Counted from the stretch's first letter, positions 48,027 to 58,057 are shown. The stretch is DNA of 64,000 nucleotides from a virus (IMGVR_UViG_2603880160_000004:33477-97476), one strand, 5' to 3'. Notes: a model not told the origin generated them from the letters alone. Translations and numbers: made by a program.

Positions 48027-50132
48027 TTATTTTATGAATAAATGGTTCTTTTTATTTTTAGTTATCCATACACTCAAACCTGTTAATCCTTTTATTTTTC
48101 TACAATCGGCGTGTGTGTTTATATTGTGTTTTTTTATAAACTTATTTGCAATTTCATCCGTCCAAAATATTTTCTCATCGGTAGTGAAATATTTTTTTCT
48201 ACCCCCACCAAAAAGATATATCCATCTATGTAAACTTAACCCCATTGAACCCATTTTACTTAAGTGGGTAAAATTAGATGGTTTATTTTTTTTAATAAAA
48301 TCTTTTGCAATTTTTTCTGTCCATTCTACGTCTTTAGATTCGGGAAAATAGGTAAATGTTAAATCATTATTTATTATCCAATTTATTAACCCCGAACCTT
48401 TTTCGTGATTTCTTAAATCACTTATTTTTTTTGCTTTACAATTTTTAATAAAATCTTTGGCGGTTTTGTCCGTCCAAGGTTTTATTTTAGATTCACCAAA
48501 AAACTTTTCTGTTAAATTATTTTCTCTTAACCAATAGGATAACCCAAAACCACTTTTAATATTTCTTAATTCAGATAATTCATTTATTTTATTCTTTTCA
48601 ATAAAATCTTTCGCAATGTCTTCATTCCAATTAGTATATGAGACATCTAAAAATTCGTTTCTTACATCACTTAATGTTGTCCAAGCAACAGTATTAAATA
48701 AACTATTACTTGAATGAAAAATGTCTTGTTTAAAAAAGTTCAAATCTAATGGAATACCTAATTGTTCAATGGAAATATATGGTCTAGTTCTTCTATTGTT
48801 AGTTGTAGAACTACCTGAGGATGTGTTGGATTTGTTGTTGGTTCTTCTACCATTTAAAACTTTCGGTATTCTAATTCCTCCCATATTTTTGCCATTATAT
48901 TTAGAATACCATTCTAAATTAGTTAAACATAACATAGCGGTCATCAAATCAACAAAGTAATCGGCGGTATTTTTAGTAGCAACTTTAAAATATATTTTTG
49001 TTTTGTTTGGATTTACATCAGATTTTCTTAATAATCTACCATACATCTGTAATAACATATCTAAACTTTGTGTCATTGTAAAATCAACAATGTTGAATAA
49101 CTCCGGCATATTAAAACCTAATCTACCCCTATCAACCGCAATTAAAATAATATATTCAGGATTTTTTTGAAACTTTTTAAACTCCTCACTATTTTTATCA
49201 TTCTCACTATGAGATAATAAAACCTTACCACTTAAATCTTTATTTGTGTTAAGTGTATTGTAAAAATTAGTTGCCTGTTTTCTACTGTGTGTATATATGA
49301 TTGTTTTATTTAAAGAATTAAATAATTTACCTACCCCATTACTTGTAATATTATTTATAGAGTGTAGTCCTTTAATTGGGTTTTTTAATTTTTTAACCAT
49401 TTCATTACAAACCGATAACAACGCATCTTCTGCTTGTTGTTTAGAATTAGTTTTACCCTCTTTCAAATGTCCAAATGTACCAAACCAATCGGTTCTTTTA
49501 AAATCGTAAGATGAAGAAACGACTTCCATTTTTACATTACTAACTAAACCAAGTTCAAATAATTCCATAACAGGAACAAATTTAAAAAGAAACCCACCTC
49601 TTTCAATAAAACGGGACGGAGTTCCAGTAAGTAATAATGTTTGTTTTGGTTTTGTGTGTTTTAAAATGTTTTGGATTGTCTTTTTGAAATACCATTGGTG
49701 TGCTTCATCCAATACGAACATTTCTAAATTGGGTAATAACTTATGGTTTTTAATTAAAGTTTGAGGTAAACAAATAATAACTTGTATCTTATCTTTTAAC
49801 GCACTTTCAATTTCCTTTTTATCTTTAACAACACGATAATCAAAAGATAATTTATGTTGTTCATTCATAATGTCTAAATCATCCTCAAAATTATCACGAA
49901 GGATAGTTTTGGATGCGGGAACAATTAAAGTGATTTTATTTTTATTAGATTTAACTTTATAAAATAATTCCAATTTTAATATGGTTGTTTTAGTTTTACC
50001 GGCAGATGTCCCCGCTGCCAAAACAACAACCTCTTTTGGAGATATATATATTGGATTAGTTAAATAATCAACTTGGTATGGGATTTTTTTTAATCCTCTT
50101 TTCTTCAATTCTTGGGTTATAATGTCATTCAT
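48027..50132 (-). CDS. superfamily 2 (DExH) helicase with four C-terminal repeats
   Basis: AAGTSAGKT, LDEAHQ, LTGTP, QMYGRLLR; start moved behind TATCTTTG at 50152-50159. Confidence 0.85.
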   Translation of the reverse strand: MNDIITQELKKRGLKKIPYQVDYLTNPIYISPKEVVVLAAGTSAGKTKTTILKLELFYKVKSNKNKITLIVPASKTILRDNFEDDLDIMNEQHKLSFDYRVVKDKKEIESALKDKIQVIICLPQTLIKNHKLLPNLEMFVLDEAHQWYFKKTIQNILKHTKPKQTLLLTGTPSRFIERGGFLFKFVPVMELFELGLVSNVKMEVVSSSYDFKRTDWFGTFGHLKEGKTNSKQQAEDALLSVCNEMVKKLKNPIKGLHSINNITSNGVGKLFNSLNKTIIYTHSRKQATNFYNTLNTNKDLSGKVLLSHSENDKNSEEFKKFQKNPEYIILIAVDRGRLGFNMPELFNIVDFTMTQSLDMLLQMYGRLLRKSDVNPNKTKIYFKVATKNTADYFVDLMTAMLCLTNLEWYSKYNGKNMGGIRIPKVLNGRRTNNKSNTSSGSSTTNNRRTRPYISIEQLGIPLDLNFFKQDIFHSSNSLFNTVAWTTLSDVRNEFLDVSYTNWNEDIAKDFIEKNKINELSELRNIKSGFGLSYWLRENNLTEKFFGESKIKPWTDKTAKDFIKNCKAKKISDLRNHEKGSGLINWIINNDLTFTYFPESKDVEWTEKIAKDFIKKNKPSNFTHLSKMGSMGLSLHRWIYLFGGGRKKYFTTDEKIFWTDEIANKFIKKHNINTHADCRKIKGLTGLSVWITKNKKNHLFIK

Positions 50133-50231
50133 TTTTTTTAATTTTAGAATACAAAGATAGTGATTATTTGGAATATCACAAAATATTTTAGAATATTTTT
50201 TACCATTGATAATCAATGAGTTATGAGTTAT

Positions 50232-50459
50232 TTATATTCCACTTGGTATTTTACCGAACTCTTTATAACTTAAATAATTGTAATATCCTGCCAACCACAC
50301 TTTCTTTATTCTTGGTGAGAAATAATCAGCACACGCGTAATTATATCCATTCTTTCCCGCCGTCCAACCATAACGATAGTATGATATTTCAATATCATTT
50401 TTCAAATATCCTTTTGGATATAATACTGGATTAAAGAATTTAAACTTATCTATCTTCAT
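50232..50459 (-). CDS. FKF-tag RMF-like protein
   Basis: YYRYGWTAGKNG...VWLAGY. Confidence 0.65.
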   Translation of the reverse strand: MKIDKFKFFNPVLYPKGYLKNDIEISYYRYGWTAGKNGYNYACADYFSPRIKKVWLAGYYNYLSYKEFGKIPSGI

Positions 50460-50889
50460 ATAATTTATAATCTATTCTAACAAATTCGTGATTAAATAAA
50501 AATCTTGGGTTTACAAATCTTGGTTCGGTATTGTAATTAATAATATAGTCAACCCCAACAAATATTCTTCTTATTCTTGGATAACAAGGTATCCAATCTT
50601 CACCTGTGTTATTTCCAAGTGACATTCTTCTATTTTCATAATGACTCTTGAAATCTTTTATTGGTCCTGACCAAGATACTATTCGGTATTGATTATTTAT
50701 GATATCTCTTGGTTCCCATATAAATGCAAAACTTTCATAATCAAAGTTTAGTGATAATGGATATTCACAAAAAGATAATTGTCTTTCACCTGGCCGAAAT
50801 TCCTCTCTTGGTATGTGTATATAAGGAACATAACCAGTCGGAACTGCCGATTCTTTTTTTGTGTTTAAAAATTTAAAATCTTTTATCAT
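50446..50889 (-). CDS. FKF-tag protein
   Basis: MIKDFKFL. Confidence 0.7.
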   Translation of the reverse strand: MIKDFKFLNTKKESAVPTGYVPYIHIPREEFRPGERQLSFCEYPLSLNFDYESFAFIWEPRDIINNQYRIVSWSGPIKDFKSHYENRRMSLGNNTGEDWIPCYPRIRRIFVGVDYIINYNTEPRFVNPRFLFNHEFVRIDYKLYEDR

Positions 50890-51116
50890 TACACATCATT
50901 ATTTCGTTCATACATCGTAACTCCCTCTCGCCACAATTCATACTTATATTCTTCCACAAGTGGATTGTATGGTGACTCTAACGAACGACTATTACGGTAA
51001 CAATCAAATGCATCATAATATCCTTTTGTGTATATGTTTCTATCCTCAGGACTTAAACCACTATATCTATTGGGTATAGGAACTTGTTTTTTTGAGAGGA
51101 ACTTAAATGTTTTCAT
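50889..51116 (-). CDS. FKF-tag RMF-like protein
   Basis: IYTKGYYDA..SPY..LWREG. Confidence 0.65.
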   Translation of the reverse strand: MKTFKFLSKKQVPIPNRYSGLSPEDRNIYTKGYYDAFDCYRNSRSLESPYNPLVEEYKYELWREGVTMYERNNDV

Positions 51117-51118
51117 TA

Positions 51119-51316
51119 TTATATATTATTATAGGTTTCGGCGTAGTATTCTTCACCATCATCATATGCCACTAATGTATCTGGCCATATACCTCTATTG
51201 TGTGCTTCAACTATTTGCACACGTTCCATTTCCAATGCTTCTTGGAATACACCTGATGGTATTGTTTCACCACGGTCAATATATTGTTCTTTTAACCACT
51301 GTACCGCTGTTTTCAT
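51119..51316 (-). CDS. small phage protein
   Basis: MKTAVQWL..ALEMERVQI..A..G..YY.ETY. Confidence 0.65.
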   Translation of the reverse strand: MKTAVQWLKEQYIDRGETIPSGVFQEALEMERVQIVEAHNRGIWPDTLVAYDDGEEYYAETYNNI

Positions 51317-51992
51317 AGGTTATTTGTTTTGGTTTATTTTTTTTTTTGAATAGATTTTTTATAAAATCAAATATTGTGTAAATTTTTTTACCACTAGCTT
51401 TATCTTGTCCACAACAAACTTCAAAAGGATTTCCTTTTTTGCAAATTGGGCATTTTGTATATATCATAGGTTATTTGTTTTAAATGTTTCAATATCAGGA
51501 TTAGGTTCTCCGCCGTTTAATTGATTTAGAATGTCCTCATCAATTACTCTTGTTATTTCTTCCCAAAGTAATTTACGAAGACGTTTGTTTATGTGATATT
51601 TTCTTTCTCTTGGTGTCATAATGTTTTTAATTTTTCAATTACATTATTATTAATGCCTGTGCAGAAATCTCTTTCAAGTATATTAATTAATGCTCGTTCA
51701 GCATCAACGCCAAATTCACCTGTTGCCATTTCAATACACTCGTCATCTGTTTTGTTATGCCAGAAGGATAAGTGTTTTAATAAATCGCTTGGGTTTGAAA
51801 TGATATTCATATTATTTTTTTATTTTAAAGAAATTAAGCATTCTATCTGTGAAAGGTAGTTTATTCTTCTTTAACATCTCTTGATATTCCACTACCTCAA
51901 TCGCCTCACTCATTAAGATTGGGGTTCCTCTTCTTACCTTATCAGACAATTCTTCAAGACGTTTATCTGTGAGTGTTTTTCTGAATTTCATA

Positions 51993-52223
51993 TTATTTAA
52001 TTTTATTTTCAATATTTTTATTATGGAGTTCAACAAAATACTCTGCAATATTTTTATGTAACTCACCAGACCCAACTATCCAATATTCATCTTGACCCCC
52101 GTCATCAAAAAGTATGGGTTCAATAGGTTTGATTGTTCTACACCAACATTTTTCTCCTTGATTACAAGTTCCTATTTGCCATTTTACGGTTAAAGATTTT
52201 TCTTCCGCTTCTTCAAATTTCAT
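51993..52223 (-). CDS. hypothetical protein
   Basis: 76-aa ORF in a - strand operon. Confidence 0.55.
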   Translation of the reverse strand: MKFEEAEEKSLTVKWQIGTCNQGEKCWCRTIKPIEPILFDDGGQDEYWIVGSGELHKNIAEYFVELHNKNIENKIK

Positions 52224-52399
52224 ATTAATAATTTTTAATTAGTCCAAATAAGAAACTGATTTGTATTTTCATACCTTGTCCCCATTCTATATAAAATAAT
52301 GGGTGACCATAATTAATTTCTAAAAAAGAAATCCAACTTCTTCCTACTCTGTGGAAATCAATTGCGAGTAATTCTACGTTTAATCTCATATTATTTGTT

Positions 52400-52972
52400 T
52401 TATATTACATCAGGAAAATTATACATATAGTGGTCTGGATAAATTGTTTGTCCTTCCACTGTGTTCCCTTCTTCAATACTTCTAAACAACATAACTTTAT
52501 ATGGCTGCGGCAAAATAGAATCGTATCTTTCTTCGGACACATCAAAGAACAAAAACTCTTCTGTGTGATAGTATTCCATATCCCTTTCGGTATATGTTCT
52601 TGTTCTTCTATTGAAAAATTCTCTATCTGCGTGATAGTGTTCCATATCCCTTTCAGTATATGTTTCTCCATTACGACGTTCAAACCACGCGTGCCATCCT
52701 CTATTCCATATTTCAGCTCTTATTATATCGTCGTGATATGGATTGTTGTAATTAGCCTGTGATGATGCTTCCCACCCTTCAATATATAGTTCCATATTTT
52801 CTCGTTCACCACCTCTCAAATCTTGTGGTAACATATTCCAATGACGATGTGATATTCCTTCTGGTGGTGCATGTGTTATCTGCAACGGAATATATGGTGC
52901 ATAAAACTCACCACCGGTAGCAACAACTCTTGGACCAACTACCCCACGAAAAAAATTAAATGGTTTTATCAT
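52400..52972 (-). CDS. FNF-tag protein with gp23-like YAPYIPLQ segment, RMF-like domain and internal duplication
   Basis: MIKPFNFFRG; FYAPYIPLQ; YIEGWEA..NPY..WNRGW. Confidence 0.7.
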   Translation of the reverse strand: MIKPFNFFRGVVGPRVVATGGEFYAPYIPLQITHAPPEGISHRHWNMLPQDLRGGERENMELYIEGWEASSQANYNNPYHDDIIRAEIWNRGWHAWFERRNGETYTERDMEHYHADREFFNRRTRTYTERDMEYYHTEEFLFFDVSEERYDSILPQPYKVMLFRSIEEGNTVEGQTIYPDHYMYNFPDVI

Positions 52973-53307
52973 ATGTATCTTATTGTTGATGTTCCATCTA
53001 AATGTTCATTTAAAAAATCTTCCATAAATCCAATTACCTGTTCATTACATATATAATTTCTATATCTATATTTTAATTCATCTATCATTGCTCTAACAGA
53101 TAATTCGTCCATGTCACCATCATAAATTAATTCTAATTGTGTATTTTGAACTCCTACATAAAAACCAAGATGTTGTGTGGGACCAGAAAAAAAATGTGTT
53201 GGTGGTTCGTTTGAAGTTATTACCTCAACAGGTACACCTCCAACCAATAGGTCGTAGTGATATAATCTTTTTGGTCTCCCCTCAAAAAATTTAAATTGGT
53301 TTATCAT
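52969..53307 (-). CDS. FKF-tag protein
   Basis: MINQFKFFEGRP. Confidence 0.7.
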   Translation of the reverse strand: MINQFKFFEGRPKRLYHYDLLVGGVPVEVITSNEPPTHFFSGPTQHLGFYVGVQNTQLELIYDGDMDELSVRAMIDELKYRYRNYICNEQVIGFMEDFLNEHLDGTSTIRYI

Positions 53308-53308
53308 A

Positions 53309-53719
53309 TTATCCTCTTCTTTGTAAATTAACTAATGGGACACTTACTCTATGATGTTCCGTGTTATCGTTTATAGTGGTTAAATAAAGGATATGAAACA
53401 TTCCACCAATGTTTATACCACTTACAATCTTTAATTTTGTGTATCCATCCGTTTCTGCTAACCAACATTCATAACCTCTCCAATTTATACGTTGTCTCAT
53501 ACTAGTTCTTACACGATTGATAACAACACTATCATAGAAAGACCCATTTACTTCTATATAATTTGCCGGATTGTAGTTTGGGTCCGATACTATTTGTTGA
53601 ACCCTATCTGATAACTCGGCAAGTCTGAACCCACCATACAGGCTATTATTAATTATTCTATCACTATACTGATACAACCTTGATGGCCTACCCTGAAAAA
53701 ATTTAAATGGTTTTATCAT
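53309..53719 (-). CDS. FKF-tag protein
   Basis: MIKPFKFFQGRP. Confidence 0.7.
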   Translation of the reverse strand: MIKPFKFFQGRPSRLYQYSDRIINNSLYGGFRLAELSDRVQQIVSDPNYNPANYIEVNGSFYDSVVINRVRTSMRQRINWRGYECWLAETDGYTKLKIVSGINIGGMFHILYLTTINDNTEHHRVSVPLVNLQRRG

Positions 53720-54177
53720 CCTCTAAAAAATTTAAAATCTAATTTGTTCTGTTGTTTCATATATCGTTCCCGATGGGATTGTTCATAACGACCTCTTTGA
53801 TTTCTAATATTATATGTCTCAACCAACTCATCTTTTAACTTTTGAAACTTTCTCCAATGATACCATTTAACAAACGACATAAACAAATGACTTTTGTGTA
53901 TGTATAAATTATCTGTTAGTTTTATATCACCATCAAGAAAGAATATGATATTAACATCGGTGCGAGTAAATGTTATGGTAGTAATATCATAACTGTATAG
54001 ATAAAAATAATTTGATTCGGTATGTTCTGCTGGTTCATACTTATACACACCGCGTTCCAACTCATCATATTTCTTTTTATATAATTTCACGTTTGGGTAT
54101 GAAACCACATTAAAGATAAGAATTACGAAAAATATCACAGCAAATATTACTGATATTACTATTTGAGCGTCGGTCAT
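53716..54177 (-). CDS. membrane protein with C-terminal FKFFRG tag
   Basis: N-terminal TM helix; ends KLDFKFFRG; promoter at 54182-54189. Confidence 0.7.
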   Translation of the reverse strand: MTDAQIVISVIFAVIFFVILIFNVVSYPNVKLYKKKYDELERGVYKYEPAEHTESNYFYLYSYDITTITFTRTDVNIIFFLDGDIKLTDNLYIHKSHLFMSFVKWYHWRKFQKLKDELVETYNIRNQRGRYEQSHRERYMKQQNKLDFKFFRG

Positions 54178-54217
54178 GTAACAAATATAAGATATTAGTT
54201 TGAATATACAAAAAATA

Positions 54218-54667
54218 CTAATGGTTATCTACAAAATCATTCCACCCCACATACCACATATTAAACTGGTGGGACCCGTATGTATGTGGGTTTTCATTTA
54301 ATGGAAGACCTAACTGTGCAGTTGCCCATCCCTCCTGATAAGACTCCTCATCGGTTGGTTGTATTTGTCTTGATGGGTGGTGAAGAAAACATTCAAGATA
54401 TCCACTTTCCCATATTCTATGTAATGAATAAATTAGTTCTTCCCTATTACCATACGGATTATCATATACCTCCATACCTCTTTCACAAGCTCTCCATCCT
54501 CTTCCGAATATTCTTTTTTCTCTTGGTGTTTCACAATTTTCAGGATATGGAATTTGACCCATAGGTATCCTTGGATACCTTGGTTGTGCTAATGTTAATC
54601 TTTCTTCTATGTCAACTATTCTTGCACTGATTATTCCCCTTAAAAAATTAAACTTGGGAAGTTTCAT
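54218..54667 (-). CDS. FNF-tag protein with two RMF-like domains
   Basis: Start moved to MKLPKFNFLRG; GWRACERG..NPY..WESGY and GWATAQLG..NPH..WYVGW. Confidence 0.7.
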   Translation of the reverse strand: MKLPKFNFLRGIISARIVDIEERLTLAQPRYPRIPMGQIPYPENCETPREKRIFGRGWRACERGMEVYDNPYGNREELIYSLHRIWESGYLECFLHHPSRQIQPTDEESYQEGWATAQLGLPLNENPHTYGSHQFNMWYVGWNDFVDNH

Positions 54668-54668
54668 G

Positions 54669-54869
54669 TTATCTTTTGAATTTGACTTTGTGTAATAAAA
54701 ACATTGGAACAAATATCCACGATAATAATGCGGCAGGAACGGTCTTGGCAATAACTTCTAATAATGTAAATTCATCATTATCCTCATATCTTCTGTCTGA
54801 TGGATGTTTAACCAACCAATATGTTCCATATATTGTTGTTAGTATCCAGTAAATTAATAGTAATGTCAT
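54669..54869 (-). CDS. small two-TM membrane protein
   Basis: Two hydrophobic segments. Confidence 0.6.
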   Translation of the reverse strand: MTLLLIYWILTTIYGTYWLVKHPSDRRYEDNDEFTLLEVIAKTVPAALLSWIFVPMFLLHKVKFKR

Positions 54870-54872
54870 ATT

Positions 54873-55124
54873 TTAAACGTTTGGGTATTTCATAAACCAT
54901 TGGGTGAATTTATATAACAACTGAATTGTTGCAACAACAATAAACATTGGTGCTGTCACAAACCAACTCAATGAAAAGAATAGATAAGCCTCAGCATTAT
55001 TTTTATAATCATTATAGTCAGATTCGTGTGGTGGATCATAATCAATCTCCATCTTCTTACCGAACAACTTTAAAAATGTTAGTGTTAGGATAAATCCTAT
55101 TATGTAGAATAAAATGAATATCAT
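54873..55124 (-). CDS. small two-TM membrane protein
   Basis: Same layout as 54669..54869. Confidence 0.6.
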   Translation of the reverse strand: MIFILFYIIGFILTLTFLKLFGKKMEIDYDPPHESDYNDYKNNAEAYLFFSLSWFVTAPMFIVVATIQLLYKFTQWFMKYPNV

Positions 55125-55531
55125 ATTTTATAAATTTTTATATCTTCTAATTTAATTTGTTTATGGGTTTTTCCAATTAATATGTCAATTCGTTTCTTAT
55201 ATCTTTTATTCATTACATCCCTTACATAATAAGTTCCATTGTACTTTCCCGCACCAGTTATTCTTACCTTTGTTCCAAACTTCCATTTCTTTTTTAAATC
55301 TCTTGACACCGCAATAATCCTATGTTTCATTGGATTAAGTGTATCAATTTTAAAACCAGATGCGGTTATATTAGGAGTTGAATCTGTTTCCTTTGCACTT
55401 GTTGTGTATGTGGTTAAAGTTACAGATATTGGCTCTAATGTCTTTATCTTTTCCATTATCATCTTTTCAGATTTTTCCATCTCATAAGGGAGAAGTAAAA
55501 GAACCAACGATAAAGTTATTGATATATTCAT
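55121..55531 (-). CDS. 3D-domain (MltA-like) cell-wall protein
   Basis: TDSTPNITASG, IAVSRDL, VRDVMN, RIDIL. Confidence 0.8.
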   Translation of the reverse strand: MNISITLSLVLLLLPYEMEKSEKMIMEKIKTLEPISVTLTTYTTSAKETDSTPNITASGFKIDTLNPMKHRIIAVSRDLKKKWKFGTKVRITGAGKYNGTYYVRDVMNKRYKKRIDILIGKTHKQIKLEDIKIYKI

Positions 55532-55586
55532 ATAACAAAGATAAGGATATTATTTGGAATATACAAAATTAATCTTATCTTTGTTT

Positions 55587-55823
55587 ATGGAGTTTAAATT
55601 CTTAAGGGGGGAAATATTTGATAGGAACGTCTGTTGGAGGTCTCAAAATGGTCGAGATACCCCTATTTTTTATATGACCACTAGTCACATTGAGAATACT
55701 ATTTTATGTTTACGTGGTGTGGGTCTAACCGAAATACCCGACCCGTATAATGGGAAAACAAAAGACGAATGGATTCGTATATTGACTAATGAATTAAGAC
55801 AAAGGTTAAATGAAAATAATTAA
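55587..55823 (+). CDS. FKF-tag protein on the opposite strand
   Basis: Start moved to MEFKFLRG, behind TATCTTTG at 55576. Confidence 0.7.
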   Translation: MEFKFLRGEIFDRNVCWRSQNGRDTPIFYMTTSHIENTILCLRGVGLTEIPDPYNGKTKDEWIRILTNELRQRLNENN

Positions 55824-55845
55824 AACATAATCAAAAGAATTAACT

Positions 55846-56808
55846 TTAATTTTTGTTATTTATAATATACGATTTATTTTTAAAGATTTCTCTAAATTCA
55901 TCGTCAAATGATATTTCGTAAATAATTTTATTATTGTTATCTACTCTAACATGTGTTATTTTATTAAAGGTACCCAATTCCCTTATATGCCAAAATCCTG
56001 CAGATGTTGTAAACTTAATCATTTCTTCTTTGTTTACTATAACAGTTATTTCTTCTGATTTTTTAAAACCTATTGAATTATAAAAAATATTTAAAGTTCC
56101 ATTATCGGGATTATAATATAATGTAAAATGTAAATTTCTATGTTCAGATATGTTACCTTTTTTAAATTTATCAATTGGTGGTTCATTTTTGAATAAAGGA
56201 TTTCCTGAGTCAATAAATAATTTTTTTGTTAAAAATTCCAAATGTGTTGGAGTTACGTTTTTCATTTCAGACTCAATAAAATCCCTATCGTAGTTTTTAT
56301 ACTTATCGGGTAAGGATTTTACTTTGAACGATTTAAATGAACCATACAACCATCCGTCTTTGTCTCCAGTATCAGTACTAATTACTGAATCATACACTTT
56401 AAGATGTTCTCTATTTTCATATATTAAATTCTCATCTAACAATTCACAATCGTACTCAATATGGTGTATATTGTCGTAACCAAAATTTATTGCAATTTGA
56501 CTCGCAATTGAAAACATTCTATATATTGCAAATCCATAAAAAAATTTATTAAAAAATCTTGACTGTATTGTTTTATCTCCTATATTAAAAGTAAAATGTC
56601 CCAATAAATTATAATCCCCACTAACATCGTTATTATAATCATAAAAATAATAATTACATTTTTTTTGTATATGCATCGATATGTGTGAATGTGATAATAA
56701 TAAAATGTGAAATCCAAGTTTGAGTACTGAATCTATACATCTATTTAACGCCTCTTCTTGTTTTTCAGTTGGACAATAAGCTGTGATAAAAATTAAATCT
56801 TTCATCAT
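55846..56808 (-). CDS. hypothetical protein, glycosyltransferase-like
   Basis: HHIEYDC motif; located in a sugar gene cluster. Confidence 0.45.
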   Translation of the reverse strand: MMKDLIFITAYCPTEKQEEALNRCIDSVLKLGFHILLLSHSHISMHIQKKCNYYFYDYNNDVSGDYNLLGHFTFNIGDKTIQSRFFNKFFYGFAIYRMFSIASQIAINFGYDNIHHIEYDCELLDENLIYENREHLKVYDSVISTDTGDKDGWLYGSFKSFKVKSLPDKYKNYDRDFIESEMKNVTPTHLEFLTKKLFIDSGNPLFKNEPPIDKFKKGNISEHRNLHFTLYYNPDNGTLNIFYNSIGFKKSEEITVIVNKEEMIKFTTSAGFWHIRELGTFNKITHVRVDNNNKIIYEISFDDEFREIFKNKSYIINNKN

Positions 56809-57405
56809 TTAAAAATTTTTGAATAAATCATTCTTTGTTAAATCGGGATAATCTTCAAATGTATCGTCATTGTGTTTTGGTATGGATGACATTAACCATA
56901 ATCCATCGGCGGCATCAGGAGGAGTCATGTACATATTCCAACCTAAAAACTTAATATTGTCTTGAGTATATGGTATTTCATCTCTACCTTCGTGTCTGGC
57001 TTTTTTAAACCATTTATATGCATCCTCATTATCGGTTAATATCATCCCACCTTTCCTCATTTTTAACGTTTTTTTAGGGTGAAAAGAAAGGCACATAAAA
57101 CTATTCGGTATATACATATTGCTTGTAAATCTTCTTGCCGAATCATATATTTTGTATGGTTTCAATTCATATATTCCTCTCCATTCAGTATCGTCAAATA
57201 TAACTTTACCCCCTGAAGACATGATTGCTTGTGGAACTGAAAGGTATGTTTTTTTAGGGATAGTTACTTCTGTTACTTTTGAATAAACACAACAAAGAAA
57301 TAATGCATCGGTACAATTATCTAATGCAATTGCGTAAGGTGATCCCGTGTATTCGGCAACCTCTTCTTCAAACATTTCTACTATTTTATATGGATTGTGT
57401 TTCAT
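56809..57405 (-). CDS. DegT/DnrJ-family aminotransferase-like protein (short)
   Basis: FEEEVAEY, NCTDAL, CLSFHPKKTL, KGGMILT. Confidence 0.75.
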   Translation of the reverse strand: MKHNPYKIVEMFEEEVAEYTGSPYAIALDNCTDALFLCCVYSKVTEVTIPKKTYLSVPQAIMSSGGKVIFDDTEWRGIYELKPYKIYDSARRFTSNMYIPNSFMCLSFHPKKTLKMRKGGMILTDNEDAYKWFKKARHEGRDEIPYTQDNIKFLGWNMYMTPPDAADGLWLMSSIPKHNDDTFEDYPDLTKNDLFKNF

Positions 57406-58057
57406 ATTGATGATTAACTATTTTACAAGGGCTACCATAGGCAACCACATTATTTGGAATGTCTTTAGTAACTAAGGAACCAGCACCTATTACCGTATTA
57501 TCACCTATCGTAATTCCGTCAATTATATTCGCACCAATACCTATTTGACAACCTTTACCTATACTTACATTACCGGCAATATTAACACCTGGATTTATTG
57601 ACGTGAAGTCTCCAATAGTTGTATGATGACCAATTGAAACGTGTCTATTAATTGTAACAAAATTACCTATTGTCGTATGTGCGGCAATTGATACTTTAGA
57701 ATTAATTAACAATCCATAACCAAGTGTACTTGTATATGAAATATCTTCTCCTTTATGAATAACGTTAATAAATTTATTTTTGTCAGGATTTAACGATTCT
57801 ATAATTTTAATTTTATTTTTGGGTTGGTAAACACCTAACGTATATAAATTAAAGTCATTTACATTAACCTCATTCAAAACTTCTATATTGAATTTATTAT
57901 GTTCAAATGAATTTAAAATTGGTAAATCTAAATTATTATATATAACAATATCTTTACCAAAGTCTAATAATCTATCTATAGAGTATGAATATAGATTATC
58001 TAATATCATCGTAATCACATTGTCTCCCTTACCTAATACCAATATTCTTGTTTCCAT
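57386..58057 (-). CDS. PglD/NeuD-like hexapeptide acetyltransferase
   Basis: IGHHTTIG, IGAGSLVTKD, VAYGSPC. Confidence 0.85.
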   Translation of the reverse strand: METRILVLGKGDNVITMILDNLYSYSIDRLLDFGKDIVIYNNLDLPILNSFEHNKFNIEVLNEVNVNDFNLYTLGVYQPKNKIKIIESLNPDKNKFINVIHKGEDISYTSTLGYGLLINSKVSIAAHTTIGNFVTINRHVSIGHHTTIGDFTSINPGVNIAGNVSIGKGCQIGIGANIIDGITIGDNTVIGAGSLVTKDIPNNVVAYGSPCKIVNHQYETQSI

